Source: Elusimicrobiota bacterium
GTDB taxonomy: Bacteria; Elusimicrobiota; Elusimicrobia; F11
Direction of reading: 5' to 3'
Assembly: GCA_044221725.1 (NCBI GenBank)
Contig: JBGAON010000005.1
Coordinates: 96,001 to 160,000, forward strand
DNA: 64,000 nucleotides
The position numbers were made by a program, and so were the translations under genes. The number at the start of each line of letters is the position of its first letter. The first letter of the stretch is position 1. Shown in pieces: positions 57,757-64,000 of this stretch. The notes beneath the pieces are model-generated. The model saw nothing but the letters and a program-made list of their open reading frames with translations. It ran no database searches and was not told the DNA's origin.

Positions 57757-60700
57757 GTGAAAAAATCCCTCGTAAGGAGCGTTGCGGCGGCTCTATCGGT
57801 TGTTTATTTTGCAACGAACATTGCGTGGGCACACCAATCAGCCGTTGTCGAATTGGATTTCCGGTCTCACGCGACAATTTGGGCGGACCGCAAACCAACA
57901 GAGCCGTACCCAAAGACTCCGCCAACAAAGCTCGCCGCCCTGCCTGCCAACATCAATGCGCAACTGCCCTCGATCAATCGCCAATTCTCTGCGATCAAAG
58001 AAAACGCCGCTTCGATTTCTTCCCGCATAAGTAATTCGCTTTCGGAGAAGAACGCGCAAATGCTGGCGCCGCTTTTTCGCACGCTGCCGCAAACCGCGGG
58101 CACAATTCGAAAAATTGAAGTACCGCGCGCGGAGCCGCGCGGAGTCGTCGTGCACATTCAGGATGTCCACCGAAATTTTGAAGCGCAAACGAATATCGGG
58201 AACGCCGTCGAGCAGCTGACCCGTGCGAATCTCGTTCAAGCGGTGGCGCTCGAAGGCGCGTTCGGTCCGATTGATTTGTCGTGGTACAACAATTATCCGT
58301 TTCAGGATTCGGTGAAAACCGTTGCCGACTACTTATTAAAGGAACACCGAATTTCTGGACCCATCCGTGCGGGTATGACCGCGGCGAAGAACCAGGAACT
58401 AGGAACATCGTACATCGGTATTGACGATCCCACTCATTACGCCGCCAATGTCCGGGCCGTGCGCGCCGCAAAGACAGCCGAGACGAACATCAAAGAGGAT
58501 CTCGAAAAACAAAATCGCGAGCTCGCCGCTGCGAAACTGAAATATTTCAGCGCTGCGCTAAGAGATTTCGATCGTCACGTGGAGGCTTATCGCCGCGGAA
58601 ATGTTTCGTGGGGCGATCACGTGGAATATCTTTCCGACAAATCCGTAACGCGGGTTTCTCCACGCATCGACGCATTCCTTGTTGCATTAACGATGGAGAA
58701 AGAACTGAATGTTGCGGCGATCGAATCGGAGCGTGCGCGACTGCTTGAAAAGCTGGCGGGCAAGCTATCGAAGGGCGAAACGAACGAGTTGCTAGCGATG
58801 AGCGCGGCTTTCCGTGATGGGCGCCTTAATCACGCTGACTTCTATTCGTTTTTGAAAAGATTCTGCCAACAGAAGTCCATCGACCTAGCGAGCTACCGTT
58901 CATTCGACGGGTATGTTCGTTACGTGTTGCTTTGCGAGCGTTTGGATGTGGAAGCAATTCTCGAAGAAGTGGCGACGCTCGAAAAAACAACCTATTCATC
59001 GCTCGCACGAACAGAAAAAGAAAAGGAATTGGTGCAAACGGCGCGCGGGCTGTATTTGGCGGGGAAATTAACGGATTTTGCGCTGACGAAGGAAGAGTGG
59101 ACGGAATATAGGAGTGAATTTATAACATGGGGAGGGAAAAGGCCCTTTGAAGAATTTTATAAGCAGGCCGAGCTTCGAGACTCGGCAATGGCCAATAATC
59201 TCATCCACGTACTACGTAGCCGGTACAAAGTACCACGTACGTCTCTCAGCATCCTTGTCACCGGCGGCTTCCACTCGACCGGTATCGACCGCCAACTTGT
59301 GGACGCGGGATACACCGTCGTAACCTACATTCCGAAAATTTCGAAAGTCGACGACGTCGCGGGCTCTTCCTACCTCAGCGTGTTCACGCAGGAAAAAACG
59401 CCGCTCGACCAACTGTTCGCGGGCGAGAAACTTTTCTTGGCCGAGAAGCCGGTTGCCTCTGCCGCAATGATGTCGTCGAGCGTGCACATGGTAAATCAAA
59501 TTAATCATCGCGGCGCAGAATCTCCAGCACCATTGGATGTTCCAGCAAAAGACGTTGCCGAGACCAAGGTGAACGGTGACGAAGCGCAAATGCCGATGAA
59601 GGGTGGTATTTTGAAAATTCGGGCGAGATCTGGTGGCTTGCTTGATATTCGATTCAACCCGTCATTGCTTCAGCGAATTGCGGGTGTAATCGCGGTGGGC
59701 GCCCTCATGTTGTTTGCTGGCGTTTTGCCCGCGCAAGATTTTGCGCAAGGTTCCCAGGGAGCGCCGGCGGCCACGGCGCAAGATGCGAATGCTGTCTCGC
59801 TTGCGTTGAAAATTACGGGCGTGTTCTTCGGCTTGTTTGCGGTGCTCCAAACCGTGATCACTGTTCAGCGCACATTCGAATGGAACCTTCGCGATTGGAA
59901 GCGCGGACAGGTGAGGCCAAGAGAGATGCTTTCCATGGCAGGCTCGTGGCTGTTCGTTGACATTTCTTTGCCCGCGATGTTCGGCACGGCGTGGATGATT
60001 TTGCATCTTGGATACAACTTCGCGATTTCAAACATTGGGATGCGGGCGCTCCTTTTTGGAGCTGAGAAAGAATATTTCACTTTTATGGCGATGACACTTT
60101 TCCTTGCGATCGTTCTTTTTCTGCTACGCGATCCCCGGTTGTATTCTGTCCGGCAGGAACGCGAAGGCGTGACGTCCGGGCCGGAGGGAAATAACGACAG
60201 AGCGCATTTGCGCTATTTGGTCCCCTGGCTTTTTGCACCGATCATCGCCGGCGCGATGCCGAGCGCGATGTTGGCCCAGTCGGGCGCGCCGCCGGTGGAA
60301 AATTCGAATCGCGGTTTTTATCAAGCCGCCGCCAAGAATGCTGCGGTGGAAATTGCGCCGGAAGCTGACGCTGCTCAGCCGAAATGGAAGGAATTAATGA
60401 ACTTCGGTTTCCAATTCACGGCGACCGGTGACATTCGCGGCGGCTGGGGCAAAACCGATTTTGATTGGAACCGCACGAAAACCGAGCAGGCGAAATTGGT
60501 GGAGATGTTTAAAGGCAACGTGTACACGACGTTCGTGAATGATTTCGACCAAAAATTGAAAGACCGTGAGCTCACGGCCAAATTTCTCAAGAACCCGACA
60601 TGGCGCAAGAAAAAGATTGATGAGATGGTCGAGCTCGCAAAAGGCAGTCTCGGCGTCGGAATTGATTTTGAAAACATGTCGCGCAACAGCACGGCTGATT

Positions 60701-63700
60701 TCAAGTTGTTCATTGAAGAGCTCGCCAAAGAACTCCACGCGAAAAATTCAAAGCTTTGTGTGATTGTCGAGCCCAAGACCGATACAAACGTCGGTGATCG
60801 CGGACGCGCGATTGACTGGGCGCATCTCGCAAAACACGCCGACGAAGTTCAGGTGATGGCCTATTGGTACGGGCAAGGCCCCACCCGGCCCGACCAGATT
60901 GCGCCGCTCAGTTGGATCAAGCAAATGGTCGCGCTCGCGGAAAAACAGGGACTCAAGGGAAAATTCACCGTCGCGCTCACCACATTCGGTTACGACTGGG
61001 CTTTGGATGGGTCCGGCCGGCAGGCGCTCAGCAAAACCGCGTTCTCGGAAATCGAAGCGCAGAAAGCGAATTGGAAGCGCTACGCGGACGGCGGCTCGAT
61101 TTACTACGAATACACAGCGAACGACGGCAAGCAACACCGAGTTGTCACGGAAGATCTCGTCAGCATCCAACAAAAATACGAAGAGTTGAAAAAATTACAG
61201 ATCCCCGTCGTGTTGTGGGCGTTTGGTTTTGGTGACCCGGAAATTTTTAAGTGGGGTGAAAAAGCAGGTCTGTCCGTTTATCTTCCCTACTTTAGCGAGC
61301 CGGTCAAAGAGCTTTTGCGCAAACCGCAAACGCCGAAGACCGATAAGGTTGACCTGCAATTCCGCGGAAGCCCGTTTTTCCTCTTGGCATTGATCGGCCT
61401 GTTCATCGGTGCGCCGTTGTCGTTCGCGAATTCCAGTTCGGTCTCCAATTCCGCGAACGCCGGGACTCCGTCGGTTCCGGTTTTTGCTCAAGCTGGTTTG
61501 CTTAAAGAATATTGGTTCCTTCCTGTGATTGTTGGAATCGTAACTGCCGCGGTCATCTTTTTTATTTTGCGGAGCCGGTGGCCTAGCAATCCGCCGGCGA
61601 CGGTTATGGAAGCGCCGACGCCGAATTACGCGTCGGACGAAGAACTTAAATCTTTCGTCGAGCGAAATCTTGCCCGATCGTATCTTGACGTGCCACGGAT
61701 TTTGGTGGATGCACGACAAATAGTCGCCCCGCCTTCTGTTCAGGATCTGGTTGGTCGTCTTATTGCCGTGTGTGCTGATTTTGTTGCGACGGAACAGCGC
61801 ATCGAAGACGCCGACGAAGCCGGATCAAAAATAACTGCTGTACTGAAAGCCATTCAATCCCGAGTGAAATTGAAAGTTGAAGCTCGTTACATCTCCCAAC
61901 AAACGGCCGACGATTTTTGGATTACAGATGAGCAGCTTTTATCGAGAACCGCAGAATTCTTGGATTGGATGAATGATGGCCTTGCCGGCGAACGCAAAAA
62001 GCCGGCCACGATGATTCCCGAGCCAGATTTGGTATTGCCCACCGGCAATGAAGTGGGAACATCCTTCGTCGTAAGCATCGGCGGAACGAATGGTTTCTTG
62101 CAGGAAGTAACGCTGTTGGGCCACGGCGAATTTGAGAACAAAGGCAAAACGCGCGTCGATATTTTGCGCTACAAACAGGATATTTCGGGCATTTTCGACG
62201 AATACGCCCAGGCGATTGCCGCGCGCATGGGAAACCAAAAAAAAGAGCAACGTTCGGTTGGTGTTGTTTGGGCGCATCCGGTTGAAAAGATCCGCGGGAA
62301 GGTGATCGCGCGCGGCTTGTCAAAAGGCTGGCTCGATCCGCAGAAGAAAGTTGTGGACCAGGATATTCAGCAATTGTTCAACGATGCGCTTCGACGTGCC
62401 GGTCTTGCGAACGTAACGGTCAGTATTGTCGTGAACGATACCTTTAATCCGCTGGCGGCACTGTCGTACATTCTTATTGGCAAACGCAAAAAGACCAAAG
62501 CGGCGCTTGCCGGTGCGATTTTGGGCACCGGTTCGAACGAAGCTTTCTTCGTGCCGGGATTTGGTTGGATAAACGGCGAGACCGGCGCCGATGATATGAC
62601 CAACCGCGATGGTTACGAACTATTTTCTACGCTCGAAGACAAAATTGTCGCTGCCGAAGATCCCGTCAATGAACACCGCTTTGAAAAACGTGTCGCTGGT
62701 AATTATCTCGCGAAGCTGTTTGTGCTGCGTCTCAAAGCAATCCGAAACGGAACAGGCATGTTTCGCTGGCTCGACGAAATTCCCCAATTTCGCGACGAAA
62801 CATTGGACAGTTCGTTCCTGTCGTTTGTTGCGGACAAAAATATTCGGGACCTGATTTCCATTGAGCGAAAAATTCGGGAAATGTATTGGCGATCGCGCAA
62901 ACATTCCCGTTTTGTTGCCAAGTTGTTGTCCCACACGGAAAAAACTTCTTTCGCGAGCGATCACGAATTGTTTGTGATGTACGAAGCCGTAAAAGCGATT
63001 GCCGAACGATCCGCACGGCTTTTGGCCACGCATTACGCGGGTATCGCGCTGCGAAACGATCCGGAAATTAAGGAGCCGCAATGGTTCGCCGTTGAAGGCA
63101 GCGTGTTCAACAAATACCCGGGCTACAAAGCCATGGTGATGAATGCGATTGTGAAAATTGTCGGAGTGGAAAAAGCCGCCCGCATCGAATTGATCGGAGC
63201 CGAGGAAATTGCCCAAAATCTCGAAGGCGTGGGCGCTGCCATTCTCGCGATCACGGCGTACAACAAGCAGCGTGTTGCGCCACACGACGCGGTAAGAGTT
63301 TTTGAAGAGCTTCGCGCCGCGTCCGGCGGACGGCGGGTCACGGTTGTCGGAGCCAATGATTTTGCGGTGCAACATGAGGCTATTGGAAATCTGTTTAACG
63401 TCGCGGGGCCCACGGAAATCGCTGTATTAACGGGAGGCAACTGGGCCCAAACCGGCGCGCGTGTCGAAGCGGCACCGCATACGAAAGCCATTGGAGTATC
63501 GTCCGAAGATTTTCTGCAGTTGCTAAACATTTTCGCGGAAGCGTTCTCCAATTTGAATGGCGTGAACCAGCACATTGTTCAAGAATTCCGAGAGGCGGCG
63601 CAGCGATCGGGCGTGCTCGTGCCGAGAGAATTCTTGACTGGCCTTCACGTTACACCCGACGCGATTTACAACTCGCATCCGGCGGTCGGTGCACTGAACG

Positions 63701-64000
63701 AGGCGCTCCAGCATCTTGCTTTACCGGCGGAGCACCCCATTCACTCTTTCGGGCCGAAAGATACGCACGTGTACTATCTGGACTTGGTTGTGCGGGATCG
63801 TGAAGGAACTGTGCGCGTGGTACCCACCCATCGAAGCGCACCCATTATCGCGAGCGACGTCGAAATTCTCGGTATGGGACCTCGAACCATGGAAGTGTGG
63901 GCCAATATCATCGCGGAATCCGGTGGCATTATTCAGCTGGGCGCCGCACCGCACGTCGATCTGCCGACAGGCCAACATTACAGGGCGGCGGGGGTCAAAG
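57757..64000 (+). CDS. Giant exported multidomain protein (>2080 aa, 3' truncated): conserved N-domain, hydrophobic segments, GH18-like domain, hexokinase domain
   Basis: Manual translation shows no stop from GTG 57757 to the window end (upstream in-frame TAA at 57730); signal peptide MKKSLVRSVAAALSVVYFATNIAWA. Confidence 0.9.
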   Translation, partial: MKKSLVRSVAAALSVVYFATNIAWAHQSAVVELDFRSHATIWADRKPTEPYPKTPPTKLAALPANINAQLPSINRQFSAIKENAASISSRISNSLSEKNAQMLAPLFRTLPQTAGTIRKIEVPRAEPRGVVVHIQDVHRNFEAQTNIGNAVEQLTRANLVQAVALEGAFGPIDLSWYNNYPFQDSVKTVADYLLKEHRISGPIRAGMTAAKNQELGTSYIGIDDPTHYAANVRAVRAAKTAETNIKEDLEKQNRELAAAKLKYFSAALRDFDRHVEAYRRGNVSWGDHVEYLSDKSVTRVSPRIDAFLVALTMEKELNVAAIESERARLLEKLAGKLSKGETNELLAMSAAFRDGRLNHADFYSFLKRFCQQKSIDLASYRSFDGYVRYVLLCERLDVEAILEEVATLEKTTYSSLARTEKEKELVQTARGLYLAGKLTDFALTKEEWTEYRSEFITWGGKRPFEEFYKQAELRDSAMANNLIHVLRSRYKVPRTSLSILVTGGFHSTGIDRQLVDAGYTVVTYIPKISKVDDVAGSSYLSVFTQEKTPLDQLFAGEKLFLAEKPVASAAMMSSSVHMVNQINHRGAESPAPLDVPAKDVAETKVNGDEAQMPMKGGILKIRARSGGLLDIRFNPSLLQRIAGVIAVGALMLFAGVLPAQDFAQGSQGAPAATAQDANAVSLALKITGVFFGLFAVLQTVITVQRTFEWNLRDWKRGQVRPREMLSMAGSWLFVDISLPAMFGTAWMILHLGYNFAISNIGMRALLFGAEKEYFTFMAMTLFLAIVLFLLRDPRLYSVRQEREGVTSGPEGNNDRAHLRYLVPWLFAPIIAGAMPSAMLAQSGAPPVENSNRGFYQAAAKNAAVEIAPEADAAQPKWKELMNFGFQFTATGDIRGGWGKTDFDWNRTKTEQAKLVEMFKGNVYTTFVNDFDQKLKDRELTAKFLKNPTWRKKKIDEMVELAKGSLGVGIDFENMSRNSTADFKLFIEELAKELHAKNSKLCVIVEPKTDTNVGDRGRAIDWAHLAKHADEVQVMAYWYGQGPTRPDQIAPLSWIKQMVALAEKQGLKGKFTVALTTFGYDWALDGSGRQALSKTAFSEIEAQKANWKRYADGGSIYYEYTANDGKQHRVVTEDLVSIQQKYEELKKLQIPVVLWAFGFGDPEIFKWGEKAGLSVYLPYFSEPVKELLRKPQTPKTDKVDLQFRGSPFFLLALIGLFIGAPLSFANSSSVSNSANAGTPSVPVFAQAGLLKEYWFLPVIVGIVTAAVIFFILRSRWPSNPPATVMEAPTPNYASDEELKSFVERNLARSYLDVPRILVDARQIVAPPSVQDLVGRLIAVCADFVATEQRIEDADEAGSKITAVLKAIQSRVKLKVEARYISQQTADDFWITDEQLLSRTAEFLDWMNDGLAGERKKPATMIPEPDLVLPTGNEVGTSFVVSIGGTNGFLQEVTLLGHGEFENKGKTRVDILRYKQDISGIFDEYAQAIAARMGNQKKEQRSVGVVWAHPVEKIRGKVIARGLSKGWLDPQKKVVDQDIQQLFNDALRRAGLANVTVSIVVNDTFNPLAALSYILIGKRKKTKAALAGAILGTGSNEAFFVPGFGWINGETGADDMTNRDGYELFSTLEDKIVAAEDPVNEHRFEKRVAGNYLAKLFVLRLKAIRNGTGMFRWLDEIPQFRDETLDSSFLSFVADKNIRDLISIERKIREMYWRSRKHSRFVAKLLSHTEKTSFASDHELFVMYEAVKAIAERSARLLATHYAGIALRNDPEIKEPQWFAVEGSVFNKYPGYKAMVMNAIVKIVGVEKAARIELIGAEEIAQNLEGVGAAILAITAYNKQRVAPHDAVRVFEELRAASGGRRVTVVGANDFAVQHEAIGNLFNVAGPTEIAVLTGGNWAQTGARVEAAPHTKAIGVSSEDFLQLLNIFAEAFSNLNGVNQHIVQEFREAAQRSGVLVPREFLTGLHVTPDAIYNSHPAVGALNEALQHLALPAEHPIHSFGPKDTHVYYLDLVVRDREGTVRVVPTHRSAPIIASDVEILGMGPRTMEVWANIIAESGGIIQLGAAPHVDLPTGQHYRAAGVK

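Noticed and set aside
57621..63978. Many short ORFs listed in the track for this region
   Set aside because: They are shadows on other frames or strands of the single long + strand ORF starting at 57757.
1..64000. rRNA or tRNA genes
   Set aside because: Intergenic spaces are short and none showed cloverleaf or rRNA signatures by eye; a tRNAscan/Infernal run would confirm.

Overview
Bacterial chromosomal window, about 50% GC by eye. The gene content (PorV-family and FlgD-Ig-tailed secreted proteins, DUF2723, giant modular ORFs, no rpmD in the spc cluster) suggests an Elusimicrobiota-like lineage, but this is inference only. 1-16.2 kb: 3' end of fusA and the S10-spc-alpha ribosomal supercluster, with no tuf and no rpmD. 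16.4-31.3 kb: mreBCD-mrdA-rodA, a TIGR03936-like gene, RNase E/G, rplU-rpmA-obgE-proB, a DUF2723 glycosyltransferase and ychF. 31-47.5 kb: PilZ, large hypotheticals, recR-dnaX, a ZIP transporter, a DUF559 endonuclease gene embedded in palindromic repeats, and a PorV-family / S8 protease / M23 peptidase cluster. 47.7-51.5 kb: class II ribonucleotide reductase with an NrdR box. 51.7-57.7 kb: minor-pilin-like operon whose first gene is split by an IS256-family element with a 9-bp target duplication. 57.76 kb to the end: an ORF of more than 2080 codons that is absent from the supplied ORF track because it has no stop in the window. It carries a signal peptide, an N-terminal domain shared with the 31.8-kb ORF, hydrophobic segments, a GH18-like domain and a eukaryote-type hexokinase domain. 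Three families of short dispersed repeats occur between genes, and two of them also occur in-frame inside genes. No rRNA, tRNA or CRISPR array was seen.
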